The notes beneath the pieces were generated by a model. That model did not search any database, had not been told where the DNA came from, and saw only the letters and a list, made by a program, of their open reading frames with translations. A stretch of DNA of 64,000 bases, taken from assembly GCA_008632985.1 (NCBI GenBank), contig QPGO01000033.1:558001-622000 (forward strand), read 5' to 3'. Position 1 is the stretch's first letter. Each line of letters opens with the position of its first letter. Below are positions 25,107 through 38,794 of the stretch, in pieces. The position numbers and the translations under genes are program-made. Source of the DNA: Psammoneis japonica (lineage: Eukaryota).

Positions 25107-27311
25107 TTTTCTTCATGACACAAGGAGACCTTGATCTTCTGGGTTCCGAATCGGACTCCTCTGCCTCTGGGTCACCATCTCCCTCTTGTGGTTTTGGTTT
25201 CTGCTTTTCTCTCTTGTTTCCCCTGGCAGAGAATGTGTGGTCAAGCATCGCCTCCTTCGCCAGCTCTGTAAAACAACATTGTTGGAACAACCGATTGATC
25301 TGGCACCAATGCAGTTGGTCCGCTTCTTTGCACCAAATGGCAGTGTGTCGCAAAGGTGGCAGAAAGAAATCCTTTTTGTTCAACTGCACTTGGCATTTCT
25401 CTGGGTCCTTCAGAGTTTCTCTGTCTTCTTGTGCAGCGCCAACCAGCAGTTTGTACACTGCACTTTTGCTTTGTGCAGTGCAAATGGGGTGCTTGCCCGG
25501 AACACACATTGCACGATCACAGTGAGGGCCCGTAAGCGCTGAAAACAAAGTTGCTGCTGGTGACAGTCCACCTTGATCTTCCTGGTTGCAATTGATGGGA
25601 AACACCATGTCGCATGTGTTGCACTTCAAATGTGTTCTTTCAAGAAGTTGACATTTGGCTCCATCATCACCTGAAGGCATTTCCATTTCCATGTCTTCAT
25701 CTGAATCACTCCGACTCTGCTGGCAACACTTGGGGTTGAGAACATGCTTCCGGTTGTCAGTTCCCAACTCCGCAGTTGAGTCAAACTTGCCCTGCACACA
25801 TTTCGCTCTTTGAGCCAGCTCAGAAGTTTTTCCATGTTTCATCATTTGCTGGTTCACTTGTTTGGCAGGAGAAATTGACGCTTGCGGCAAACAAAGCCGT
25901 TGTCTTGAAATGTGACTTGACTTGGTTGGCATCGCTTGCACCCACACAACATTTGCAGGATTTGCAAATGCACTTTCCGATGTCAAACCATTGGCATCCA
26001 TCCATGTGCTTTTTCCAGGAAGGTTCAAAAGAATCCAATGTTGCACTGCCAACCATCACCAATGACAATTTGTAGATGAGGTCTTTCTCTTGATCCGCCA
26101 AATCTCGGTGTGGATCGGAGGGTCCCTTCTTGCTGCTCCAGAACCCAACACGATCCTGCCAATGTTTTGCATTGCACTGGAAATCATTGTCTGTGTGAGA
26201 GATGGGCAAGGTGATTTTTGCAGAAAGTGTGGTGACTCTGCATTTCACCATCAGTGCCCGAGTGTTCTCTCCGTCCTCTTCGATCAAAGCACTCCAATTC
26301 CAATGGTGTCTTGCTCTTTCCAAAGAGGGTTCCTCATTCATTTCATCTGTGATGTCCTCGAAACCCAAAGTTTCACAGTGGCATTGTTTGAGCTTGACTT
26401 GACAATGCAGCATTGTGTCCCAAGTGCCAACAACCGTGCAGCCAACAGATTGAGCCATGCTAATCAGGAATGGGCACAACCCATGGTCATGGACTTTGGC
26501 TCCTCTGTCGACTCATGCACAGTCAACAATTGTTGCTGGCACCAATTCAATGCACTGACACAACAATGCAGTGACAAGATCAGTTGCCAGTTTGCCGCTG
26601 CATTGATTTTTTGGCACTGCACAAATTCCCAAAATGTGAGTGTGTTTGTTGTTCAACAAGTCAACAATGTCGCCTTCGTTTTCTTCATTAAATTCATGAA
26701 GAAGAAAATCCTTTACAGCTGCCCTTGCTTTTTTAATTCCTTCTTTGCAGATGTCGGATGACAATCCCTTCTGGTTGTGATGCAACAAAATGCACCTCTT
26801 CCCGCGATTCTGCCCACGTCCAGAATTTGCCAACCCAGTCAGTGATTTTGTTTCTGTGCTTGGGTTGACCACGGTGAACAACCCACAAGTGCGGTGGACA
26901 TTGTCCCGCACACACTTTGACATGTCATGTTTGATTGAAGTCATGAAATGCCGGAGCTTGGGAGAAATGTTTTGAATGCCCCCCTCCTTGGATTTTGATG
27001 ATTTTGGCAAAGAACCCACGTCTTCCTTCTCCTGAGAAGCATCGTTGTCTTTTTCCTTAGAATTCACAGCTTCCTTTTCCCACAAAACATCAACATCTTT
27101 CTCCTCCTGTGATGACCGGATTTCCTCCTCCTCTTCTTCGACATCTTCTTCCTGGGAATTGTGGTCATTCTCCTCCTGTGACAACCGGATTTCCTCCTCC
27201 TCTTCTTGGGATGCAACAACAGCCACTTTGGCAAGAGCTTCCACTCCATTGTCCCCTGACATTGCAGGCGAATCCTCGCTTCCCTTTGCTGCTGCGGCAT
27301 TTTCGTCAAAC
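25090..27311 (-). pseudogene. Decayed long ORF with an acidic N-terminal part and a possible GNAT-like segment (~26330-26660); probably continuous with the peptidase ORF
   Basis: VHDHGLCPFLISMAQ..CHCETLGF resembles GNAT motifs A and B once Tyr is restored. Splice acceptor-like tgtgcag at 27312. Confidence 0.35.
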
Positions 27312-28295
27312 TGCACAACACAACGAGGGCACCCCAGCCAGTTCTCCAGGTCTTGTTGTTGAAAACCAATTAGCGGAATGTCGCTGGGCGACGGACTGGC
27401 AGCCCCACTTGTCCGTTGCTGTGCAATTGTCAGCAGCAGACGCGGAGATGCAGGGAAGAGATGTCACAGATGGAGACGACCCACCAACAAGCAGCTTTGG
27501 AGCACACATGTTCTTGCCAATGTCAAGGAGCAATGAGCTTGCGCCGTCCATCAACACAACCCAGATCAGCCGCTCCTCTTTTCTTCAAACTGTGCAACAC
27601 AACGAGGGCACCCCAGCCAGCTCTCCAGGTCTTGTCATTGAAAACCAATTGGCAGAACATCACTGGGCGATGGACTGGCAGTGCCGCTCCTCCGTTGCTG
27701 CACAATTGTCAGCAGCAGACACAGACACACAGGGAAGAGATGTCACAGACGGAGACGATCCGCCGACAAGTGGCTTTGGAGCATGTGTGTTCTTGCCAAT
27801 GTCAAGGAGCAAGGAGCTCACGCCGTCTGTCAACACAACCCAGATCAGCTGCTCCTCTTTTCTTCAAACTGCACAACACAACAAGGGTGCCCCAGCCAGT
27901 TCTCCAGGTCTCATTGTTGAAAACCGATTAGCGGAATGTCACTGGGCGACGGACTGGCAGCCCCACTTGTCCGTTGCTGTGCAGTTTTCAGCAACAGAGG
28001 CAGAGATGCAGGGAAGAGACATCACAGACGGAGACGACCCACCAACAAGCAGCTGTTGAATGTGTGTGTTCTTGCCAATGTCAAGGAGCAACAAGCTTGC
28101 GCCGTCTGCCAACACAACCCAGATCAGCCGCTCCTCTTTTCTTCAAACTGTGCAACACAACGAGGGTGCCCCAGCCAGTTCTCCAGGTCTCATCATTGAA
28201 AGCCGATTGACGGAATGTTGCTGGGTGACGGACTGGCAGTCCCGCTTGTCCGTTGCTGTGCAATTGTCAGCAGCAGACGCAGAGACACAGGGAAG
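27306..28295. repeat. Tandem repeat, 279-bp unit, about 3.5 copies
   Basis: caaactg(c/t)(a/g)caacacaac recurs near 27307, 27586, 27865 and 28144. Confidence 0.95.
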
Positions 28296-28949
28296 TTGCT
28301 GACTTTGTCTGCAACCAATTTCATTGCAGCACCTGATGATGATTGTAAAGAGTCAACGAAATGCAGCACACACACCAAATCATCTGAGCAATGCGATAAA
28401 GAAACAATGTGCAGACTGCGCCGTGAGCTCAGCATTGTTCTCACAGCAGCATTGCAGTTTCTGTTCTGGTGGTGTCTTGCAATGATCCTTCACTGAAGGT
28501 CACAATGTTGTCAACACTTCTCAACAAGTTGATAAAAATGACAACATGCAATGGAAGGATGAGTGAGAATGGCATTGCATGAACAGCAAAGTTTGATGAC
28601 AACAGCAGTGTCAGTGGCAGTGTCATGGATGCACGCTTTTCCACCATTTGTGTCGTTGCAACATGTGGCAAATGCAGTGATGTCACAGAAAAGAGGGGAC
28701 TTGTTTTCTTGTTAAAATCTGCAGTGAATGCAGAATTTTTGTGGTGTTCTGTTTGTGGCGCTGCAGGCGGCCACAACCAGTTGGCCGGGTGAGGGGATGA
28801 CATGCAAAATTCTGGATTCCGATGTTCTGACTCACCCAACATGCATCTCTCAATCACGACCATAAAGACGACATCATCATTGCACAGCCCCACTCTCTTG
28901 CGCATGACAAAGGAGTTGTTGAGCTGTGCCGCTCTCATTGTTTTTCAAC

Positions 28950-31900
28950 CATGCATCATGGAAAAGGTCCATGTGACGCTCCCGCTTGGAGCAGATCCGG
29001 CACTCCTGAGGGAAGAAGGAGGAGTGCGCGTCCATCAAGAGATCCACCGGGTCGCTTGATTTGTCAAAGATCCGAGTCACCCAATCAAAGTTCCACAGGT
29101 CGGTTGTGGTCAAATCCAAATGACAGATCCAGGGAACGCAGACTGTCTGAACGGCGATGCAGGTCAAGGTCGAATTCCCGCCCACGACGAAGGTCTCAAT
29201 CGCCGTCCTGGTCTTGGTCAAGTTGTCGGTCTCGCTCTTTGTCAAGTTCTTGGTCTCGATTGCGTCATTGGACTGGCCATCGTCATCATTCAGGAACTTC
29301 TTTGCGCGGTTCTCCTTGTCTGGGTCTAGGTCTCATTCTCGTCCCAGGCATCTGCGATGGTGTCGGTCACCATCCATGGGTTGCCATCACTCAAGTTGCC
29401 GGTCTGGTTGCAGGAAACGTTTTGGCACTGTGCCCCACTCTCCATCTGGGGATCGCCGCGGTCAGTCGCGATCGCGGCAGAGGTCACGCCGAAGGTCTCC
29501 ATTCAGTTCACGGCAATCATGGTCTTGTCGAAGGTCTCTGGCTTCATCAAACAAAAGGTCCAGGTTGTCACCTCGGCGCAGACACAGGTCACCACACAGG
29601 TCACCGTCCAGGCACAGGTCACCCTCCAGGTCAAAAAACAGGTCTCCAACAACGTTGAGGTCACCATCAAGGTGTTGGGGTCGATTGCGCATTCGCAAAC
29701 CCAGGCATTTGTTGTGCTCGCACAGGCCGGGCACATGGAGGAAATCTGAGAGTTGCAGTTGGGACAAAAGCCATCCTCCAGCATGTGCTGCAGATGACAG
29801 CATCCGCTCAAGGAGTTCAAGCAGAACAAGTCAACCCACCAACATTGGTGTGGTCCCATTTTGTCAAATGCGACTCCGCAAACACAGAAGCAGCAGTCCC
29901 ATCTCACACCGAACAAGATCTGCCACATCCAGGTCACGCAGCCTGGAATCTCCCCTGGGACGATCTCCACCTCCTCGCAAGTGGAGACCAGCAGACCGGT
30001 TGCTTTGCTTGCTGAGTGAGCAGCACATGCAAGAGGAAGCAAAATGCCATGAGGACTTGGCTTCTGTGCATCACGTCGAGGAGCAATCAACAAACAGCGA
30101 TGGCGTTGATTCTGTTTTCTCAAGACAGAGTGGCCAATCATCTCATTGGCATGACAGCGCAGTTGTGTCAGCACTTCCCAGTGATTGCTCCGATTCTGAT
30201 TTCCCCAATGGAAGCAGAGACAAATCATCTGATTGCCATCCAAGCGCTGTTGAGGCAGCGCTGCCCTTGCAGATGCAGCATCCAATTTTCACTGGCAACT
30301 GCATGACTTGGCGGGAGAAAACAGTGTTGTCCCATTCCCTGCTGCAAGAAGAGAGCTTGCATGCCAAAAACATGTTCAATGTTGTTTTTGCATTTGAGGA
30401 GATGAACAGTGCACACTTCCATTGCAATTCTGGAAAAGCCAAAGCACTTGACAATTTGGGGAAACTGTCTGGAGAATGCAGGCAAAAGCATGCTGCCCAT
30501 CTGCATGTTGTCTTCCAGTTGAAGCTGCAGGTTTGCTTGGCAAGCAGAGCAGACATCCCCCACCACCAAGCGCCAATTCCAGATTTGGCGTTGACACTTG
30601 GACAGGATGAAACTGACATCAAATGGTCCTTGTGTGATGTTGATTCCAACCATTGCAATGACTTCTCATGTTGGTGCTTGACCACTTTCCAAACAAACAC
30701 CCAATCCACCAAATTGACTGGGGCCAATCATGCGTGCTGATTGACAAATGCCATGAACGTGAGTCGAAAAGCAACCAGGGAAAGAAAACAAAGAAAGGCA
30801 ATGTTGGCAAGAAAACTGGCAAGAGAAAACGTTTTCAGAAAAAGAAAAGCAACAAGTCCAAGAAAACTGGGACCCATCGTCAACCAAAGGACCACTGTGC
30901 AGATTTCAGCATTTGCACCAACACAAGCACCACAAGGGAAGGCCATGCGGATGGTGCTGCATGGCCTCGCGTTGGGAAAGGGACCAAGGAAGCAATGCCT
31001 TTTTTCGAGTCAATGTCTGAAATTGCGGAGACACTGAATCCCACTTTTACATCTAGATTGTGGCACAATGAAGAGATGAAAAACCGACGTCAAGACCATG
31101 CAGGTTCGTTGCCGGATGCCTCAGCAAGTGATGTCATGGAGGTGCTGCGTCTGGCAAAAAACAAATTCGGCAAAATTTCGGACAGCCACTCAGATGAATG
31201 CAACGGCCAAAACAAAGACATGCCCCCAGTTTTGTTTGTTTCAAAAATCTGAGATGATGGAGAAACAAGAGATGCTGCCATTGCTTGCACCCGCAGTTCT
31301 GTAGAAACTGCGGAGAAGAGGATTTGACTTGCCTTGCCCATCACAACACGAGCCATTCGCACCTGCCAAAACTTGCCTGTGCACCAGCAGCGACTGGAGC
31401 CGGCAATGATCTGTGATCACTTGACAGGATTTAAGGGACACAAAGGAATCGATGCATTGAAAGGCGACTGCAACATGGAGCCAACGTCATGCCACCAGCT
31501 CTTTCTGCACTTCATTGTCGCAATGATTGACAAGTTCTCACTTGTGTTGCCACAGATTGTTGCTGTTCAGACTTGCTTTGAGGTGTGCCCTGCGCAGTCC
31601 CATTGCTTTGGAGCAGTTGTGTTGGTTCTTTTATCTGTTGATGCCTTCCAGCCACCAAGTGACCCCCGCGGATTGGGACATCTCATTTGCGAAATGATGG
31701 TCCATGTGAAAGAGGCACATTGCAGAGGCATCCCTCTGCGATGTGTGTCGCGCAGCAAGAGACCACCCTTGCCAACCAAGGATGAATGGAAAGAACAGAA
31801 TGATGAAAAGGGAAAGTGGATTTGTGACATTTGGAATGAGCATGCAAACAAGCCACAGAACAAAGACATTGTCTCCATTTACAAGAAACTGATGAATCAG

Positions 31901-32605
31901 TTGTCTGAATTCTCACCGCAACGCGACGTCTTGCACCTCAATCATTCGATTGCGATCATGGCAGAAATTGGCCAGCTTCCCATTTGGATGCTGCATTGTT
32001 GCCACTGCAAAAAGGATTCCCTCCCCAGCATGAAAATTGCCGAAGAATGTGGCCTGGGCAAGATGGATGATGCGGACATGTTCCGTTTGGCTCAAACCAC
32101 ACAGGGTGCACCCACTGTGCAGTTGAACAACGCCGGGGGTGATGACAAGAAAGACACTCACTTCACCATTTGTTTTGTTGAGAACATTCTTTGCAAAATG
32201 TTTTGCTTCTGGATCAGCAAAGGGAGGGTCAACCACTGTGATGTCCATTTTGCAGGAATGTCATTTTTTGTTTTCCACGAGAAGGCGAATTTTGTTTGTC
32301 ACTTTGATGGTTCCAGTGACCCCGAAGAGCTGCCTCCCGGTGGATCAATCCAAAACTTTGCATGTGATGGTGAGGAAAAAACGATGGAGGAGATTGCCAA
32401 GGAACTGTGTGAGGACAATGATTGGGCCGGGTCGACTTGGGATCATGGTCCCATTGAAATTGCTTTTGAGTTCAATTTTGACAAACTGCTGTCCAATCCA
32501 CCAGAGGCGATGTTGGACATTTTGGCCAAAAACAAAATGTCAAACAAAATGAGGGACCAATCTGCACAGCTCCACTTTACAAACAGAAATGGGAAAATGC
32601 AATGA
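28950..32605 (+). pseudogene. Decayed large gene: RS-rich N-terminal region, basic linker and a C-terminal globular domain containing VENILCK
   Basis: RSRSPS repeats at 29000-29950; long frames 29157-30740, 30668-31252 and 31334-32605. Confidence 0.5.
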
Positions 32606-32825
32606 GAGCAGATGCCCAGCTTGCATGTCCTTCTTGTCCCCCGCAACTGGCTGCGTGTGGGCCACAACAGTGCGTCTTCAAACAAAAAAGCATGTGCGCT
32701 GCTCCTGCGCGGGTCTATCCACCATTGGAGCACGTGCACTGCTCATGCCACTGTCTCCCCCACACAGGCTGGATTGTCAACCGAGATGGATGACAGAGCA
32801 GTTGATGGTTTGCCGGCTGTCAACC

Positions 32826-33009
32826 TGAACAAATGCCACCATGACAGCCAAGAATTGGGTGCAAGACAAGACAGAGTGTTGAACAGCATCAACAGGTTCT
32901 AGAATTGTGAGATGTTGCGCTGCTGGGGCCACTGAATGAGCGACAGTGGACCAATCACCAACAGTGCATCAACTGCCTGTGTCCGTGACAGCACATCAGC
33001 ATTCATTCA
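32826..33009 (-). repeat. 3' LTR (184 bp) of copia A2, preceded on the minus strand by PPT-like gaggggac
   Basis: TG..CA ends; matches the other family A LTRs. Confidence 0.9.
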
Positions 33010-36000
33010 GTCCCCTCGAACTGACACTGGCTCCGCTTGGGTCAGATCGACAGACAAATGCAACCTGATGCTGCCCCATTCCAGGGCAGCAGTTGTGTTT
33101 TGGGGGGTGGGAAAAGCCGCACCTGCGCGGCAAACCCGTTTGGTTTGTCCCCTTTTGGGACTTGCCATGGGACGTGACTTGTGATTTCCCAGAGCTTTGG
33201 TCCAGGCAACAACTTGGTCAGTGCATCTGCCAGATTCGTGCGTCCGTCTTCCCAAGCAATGTGCGCCATTCCAGTGGCTTGTGCCTGACGAGTCCTGTGA
33301 CAAACAATTGCATTGTGCTTCTTCTTCAAAGTGGACTCTGGTTTAGTTGAGTTCTTGAAGACAGCCTCATTGTTGCAGAAAACGTTGGTGGCCCCATCCA
33401 TGGGGATTCCAAGCATCCAAAGCTTGCAATGCAAGGCTTCGATTTGCTCCACTGCAGTCTTCACAGCCACAAACTCCGACCCAAAAGCAGAGGATTCTAC
33501 GGCATTCTGCCGCTTAGAGCAATGCAAGATGGGCGCTTGTTGGACAAAGATCAGGATCCCAGTGTGGGACCTGCGCGTCACACGGCATCCGGCGTGATCA
33601 GCATCGACAAAGCAAGTGGCAGTCATGCTGTTCCCGCGTGCTTCCGGCACATTCGACGGCATTGGTTCAGCCGCGCCAGGGCAACATTCTTCCCAATCAC
33701 ACTTGGCAAAGCGACTCTCGTCAAAGACGGGCTCAGTGTCGTCAAACACCAGCGCAGACTTTGAGTGAGCCTTCAAGCATGCAAAGACATGGAGCACCTC
33801 GTCCAGGTGTCCAACTCATGGTGCTGCCAAGCAGGAGGACATGAGCGAGACAGCGACAAAAATGTCCACTCGACCCAGCTCAACTGCCCAACGTAGCACA
33901 CCTGCAAGGCCTTGACAGCAGCTGGCCGTTTTGGCATTCAACTCAGGTGAACCATCCAGTTCAGGCCTGTGTCCCGAGCTCAAGGGCGTCGACACCTTCA
34001 TCGGAAGACGCCTGTCAGTTTTCTTAAGCTCCAACTCAGCATCAGCTAATGCCCTTTTGACATGAAGGTCAGAGGACATGGCCCAGCATGTCTTGCTGTC
34101 CGAGTCAGACAGCTGGTGCTTTCTGATCTGGGCGCCCAAGCACTCTTCCGGTTCGCAGACACTTCTGTCCTTGAGCGTGCACCTGGAGCTCACATGATCC
34201 ATGACCTTCTGAGGTTCATGGGAGATGCACAACAAGTCGTCCACATAGACAAGTGCATGTTCCCAGTGCTTGAAGCCATCCGGCTTAACCGCAGCCTGCA
34301 TCCAGACATCCGGGTCAGCCTTGCAAGACTCGAACCCAGCGTCCCGCAGAGCAGCTGCCACATGTTCCCTAAATCTTGCACCTGAAGACTTGAGACCACA
34401 CAAGGCTCGGACAATGATCACCTGCCTTCCCTCGTTCTGCTTCCCAAATTCCAGGCCAGCAGCAGTGCAACACTTTTCCTCAGTGTGTGCGTTCAAGCAG
34501 GCACTCTGAACGTCAGCACTCAGGACCTCCAGGTCATTCAGAGCTGCTGCAGTGAATGCTGTCCTGGCGCTGTCACGCGACACCACGCTGGAACATGTTG
34601 ATTCCTTGGGTGGATCGGTTTGATGGCCTCTGGCCACGAACCTCGCTTTACGTTGGAGGGTGCTCTTGATGTCAAAGATCACATGCATCATCGCGGAATT
34701 CGAACGCAGGCATGACGTTGCGCATTTCCTTCTCGACAGCCTTGAACCAGAAGTCGGTCCCCGTTCTGTTGTCTGTTTCCACAGCTTCCTTGACAGATTT
34801 CGGGAGTTCAATTCTGAACTCATGCGTGCGTTTCCAGTGACGCAACTTGACTTTCTTCAGGATCCTTGATCTACAACGCAAGACGTCTTGGACCCACCAG
34901 TTGAAGGCTGGTTCACCAGCCACTTTGTTTGCTGCAGCGTGCTCAGCAACCTTGACTGGATTGGACTCCTTCAAATCCTTGAGAGGAACCCAGGATGCAG
35001 TCCCATCCTTCCATTTGACTTGCAGGTCCCAGCCCACAGTCGTCCTCCCAGGAGCACGCCTGCCAGTCTCAGTCATCATGCACCCGTCATCGGCTGTTAC
35101 GGCACGGGCATCACGTCGGTGATTGACTGTTTCCTTCATGATCTGGCAGGCATTCCCTTCAGAGTCGATCTGAGTGAACAGGTTCTCTGCAATTACGTCA
35201 GCAGTGTGGGAATCAGTGGATCTGTCAGGGAATTCCACGTCGCACATCCTCGAGTCCAGGACAGGGTTGTCGTTCCCAGTGCCAACAGGAACCCCGTCGC
35301 TGTCTCGCTTGCGTGCAATGGCCCTAGCATGAGTCAGCTTGCCTCCTCGTGGCAACATGACTTGAGCTGTGAGATGTTCATCTAGCCCTTCCAGGGCACA
35401 CTCATCAGCTTCCGGTTTGGAAGCGTCAGGTTCCACGGGTTCAACAGCATTGTCCCATTCGTCCATGAAGTCGTCAGGGAGTTCAGGGAAGTCAGCACTG
35501 GCGTCCTTTTCCGGGATGCCAAGCCATTCGATCAAAGCTTGATCAACCAATGCAAGATCCATCTGGATCGCCGGAGTTTACAGGTCATCCTCCGGTGTGG
35601 CCCACACATCCTTCCAAATGATGTCTTTGCCTGATTCGGGCAAAACAATGAATGCCATGTCGTCAGTGCAGTTGTCAGCTGCTCCGAGCCAACGGCCAAT
35701 GCACTTCTTTTCGTGTGGGAACTCCGCCACAGGCATGCAGTGATGAACAGGTTGACACCAATCAAAGAGAGAGAGGGAAGAGATGTCGGGTGTCAAACCT
35801 GTCACCTCCTCTTCTGGGACTCGTCCTCCCACATCCGATGCACTGGTCACAATCATGCGTCAGATGTCACATGTCCATTTGGCGCCACAGGACCAAAGTC
35901 GCCTGTGAGCGCCAGTCCAGCGTAGAGTCACACGGACTCTTTTCTTCAACTCACAAATGGGTGCCTCGGCTGGGTTCTGCCAGGGGCTGCAAGGGGTGGA

Positions 36001-38680
36001 CACCTCCTGGTGCATCCTGCATTCCTTGCAGATCTCTTTGGTCTGGCCTTCTGCCATTTCTGGTGCGCCATCCGACACAAGGACCTGCGGTGCGCCAACG
36101 TCATGTGTGAATGACATGACGGCCTCTGGGTGGTCCTGTTTCCTCTGCCAAGGATGGAACCTGTCACACCCTCTTCCGTTGGCAAATGCACTTCCTCCCA
36201 TCTCGCCATGCATTGATTTGACCTTCGAAAACATCTGGTCGGAGCAGAATCGTCCCTTGACAGCAGGGAACTTAAGCCAAGGGGCTTTCTTCCAGACTTT
36301 CCGTTTGGATGGTGTGTGGACATTGCGGACCCCTGCCTGGGTCGTCACTCTAAGGGTTTTCTCAGCGGCCGTCAGGCCAATGTTCCACCTTTTAGAGAGC
36401 ATCTTGGGCGTGATGGTCGATGCACGACTCGAGGTCGACAGTGCATGCACCCGTTGCTGCTTGGCACAATCCGGGTGGACATCCAGGTCGTGCCGGTCGT
36501 GTGGCCCGTCTCCCTCAGTGTCGTTGTGGGAGAAATTCACCTGAGCAACAAGGCGGTGATACAAAGAATCGTCGTCATCAGCGTCCACAATGACACTCTT
36601 GTCGTGACAGGACGTTTGGCATGAATGAATGGAAGCGACACACCTGGTCGCATTCATCATCGTCGACCATCCGTCCGGCTTTGCTGATCCTTGGCGCACA
36701 CCAGCACATGCATGTGCTTCCTCCTTTTGCACCAGGGCATCAGTGGAAGGCTCCCCAGCAGGGGTGATGCAAGTTCCAGCAGGGGGAGGTTCTCAAGATC
36801 CTCCTTTGTCGGCTTGTGTGAATCAAAGACTGAAGCAACACCTCGTGTGCGCAATGGCATCCTGATCTTCGAGTCAGGAAAAGAAATGGAGTGTGTGCTG
36901 GTCGGATCAAACTGGCGAGGGGTGTCGTGGACAATCAGCCCATTTGCTCGCAGTTGGTTGGGGCATGGGAGGGTGTCAGTCATCTTGTCCCAAAAAACAC
37001 AGCCTCGTGGACCAGCAGCAGGCATGGTTGTCCATCAGTTGGATCAACCCACACGGCAGCAGCCGTGCAAACAGGAACTTTTTCCATTGGTGCACGCTCT
37101 TTGGAGCAGGGGTGCACCACGACAGTTCTGTCGATGTCAGAGCACATCACAAAATTGGACCCAACAGCACACGTGTCAGCGTGCGAGTCCAAATCAGTGG
37201 TGGCTTCGTCATCTGAATGCCCAGCAGATGACAAAGAGACACGTTGGCGGCAGGTTCACCAGGCTCTTTGGAGTCTTTCGGTGTGTCAGCAGGTTGAGTG
37301 GCAGGCTCGGCAACAGCTGCTTTCTTCACAGCGCGAGTTTTGGTGTCGACCGACTCAGCCTCCGAGGATGCAGCAGCAGCTTTGCGTTTCTTTTCAGCCT
37401 TCTTGGCATCGTGGAGCTTTTGGACTTGCTCTCGTTCGGGACCATCAAGAGCATTCCACTCTTCAACAGGACAATGGCCTGCCCAGATCCTGGGCTTGTC
37501 CTTCTTGGGTTGGTGCTTCCCACCAGGGTTGCTGCGCCGATTGTTGCGGCGTTGGATGGATGCGTTCCTGCGAGTGTCAGCATTGCGGTTCTTGGCATTC
37601 TCGACCAGAGTTTTCATGTGCTGCTGGCATGCCTCGAAATCCACCAGCTTCGTTGGGTCTCCATCCACTGCACTCTCACCAGTTTCCAACCTGGGGTCGG
37701 AGATGCCCTTCAGAAAGTCAGAGACCTTCATGGTCTCGGCCACCGGTTCATCAAGCTCAGACAAGTCATTGTGAGCCTTTTGATGATGCTGAGCGCACTG
37801 GTCAAAGGTAAATCGACCCCGTCCAGTGTGCTTCGCGGCAGCAATCTGTGCATGTGCTCGGTTCTTGCAGGTGGTGGCGGCAGCCGATCCTTCTGCCTGC
37901 CTCTCAAGTGCAAAGAAAGCAGTGCGACCATCGCGGCTGCGATTGGAAGGTTTGACAAAAGCCCATCCGGGCCCCCCCTGTCACTGGCTTCTTCAAGAGA
38001 TCATGCAGACGTTGCCTGTCCTGTGCATGCTGAGCTCCTGCAAGGTGGGCAGCAGCAACAAGGTCCTCGTCAATGGCAGCGCAGGTGGCAGCCAACATCT
38101 CGGCGGTGACCTCTTCATGTTCCCCAACCAGGCAGATGAGGGGCACTCCGGCAACGGCACTGCGGTGGTGACGCAGTTCGGTCTCTAGCAGCTCTTGGAA
38201 GGTGGGCCAGTCGCATGGGTTCTTGAGCTCCATGGCCATTTTGGCAGCCGATTCGTCATCCGAGTTGGCGGACTTGAATTGCTCCAGTTCCGTGAGACGT
38301 GCCGTCCATGTTCCAGTGACGTTGCCAGTGAAGAGAGCAGCGGTCGGCTCTTGGTTCCGGGCTCTGTGGCAGTCAATCCATGCACGCAGAGCCTTGAGCT
38401 TGCGATTCGCCAGGTGTGGGAATTGGACTTGGGGGGTTGGCGGCGGTGTCCACGCTCTTCACAATGCCCTCAGTCACATCGGCAATTTCCGTCAAAGGGA
38501 CCTGCTCCAGGTCCTCGATCGCAGTGAAGCCTTGGCGGGCTGTGCAGGCACGCGTCTGCGCATTGCATCCACAGTGCGCAAGACAGGCGGCAAAGGCTGC
38601 GAGAGCGGCCATGGTGTGTCAGCAGTTGTTCACGTTTCGACGTGTGAGCATCTACTTGTGTGAGTGGAGGAAAGTGAGAA
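32826..38680 (-). mobile_element. Copia family A copy A2: gag (from 38612), protease, integrase, RT, RNase H and 3' LTR; 5' LTR missing; internal deletions
   Basis: KARFVARGH, ALCGLKSSG, YVDD (34236-34247), FVDADHAG..SKRQNAVESSAFGSE. Confidence 0.95.
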
Positions 38681-38794
38681 TGACACACCCCCTCAAGATG
38701 AAGAACCAAAGAAAGATCACCCAGATGAGGGGGGCACCGGCAAGCCACCAGATGACAAAGCGACTTCTGACAGAGACGGAATGTCAGAGCAAAT

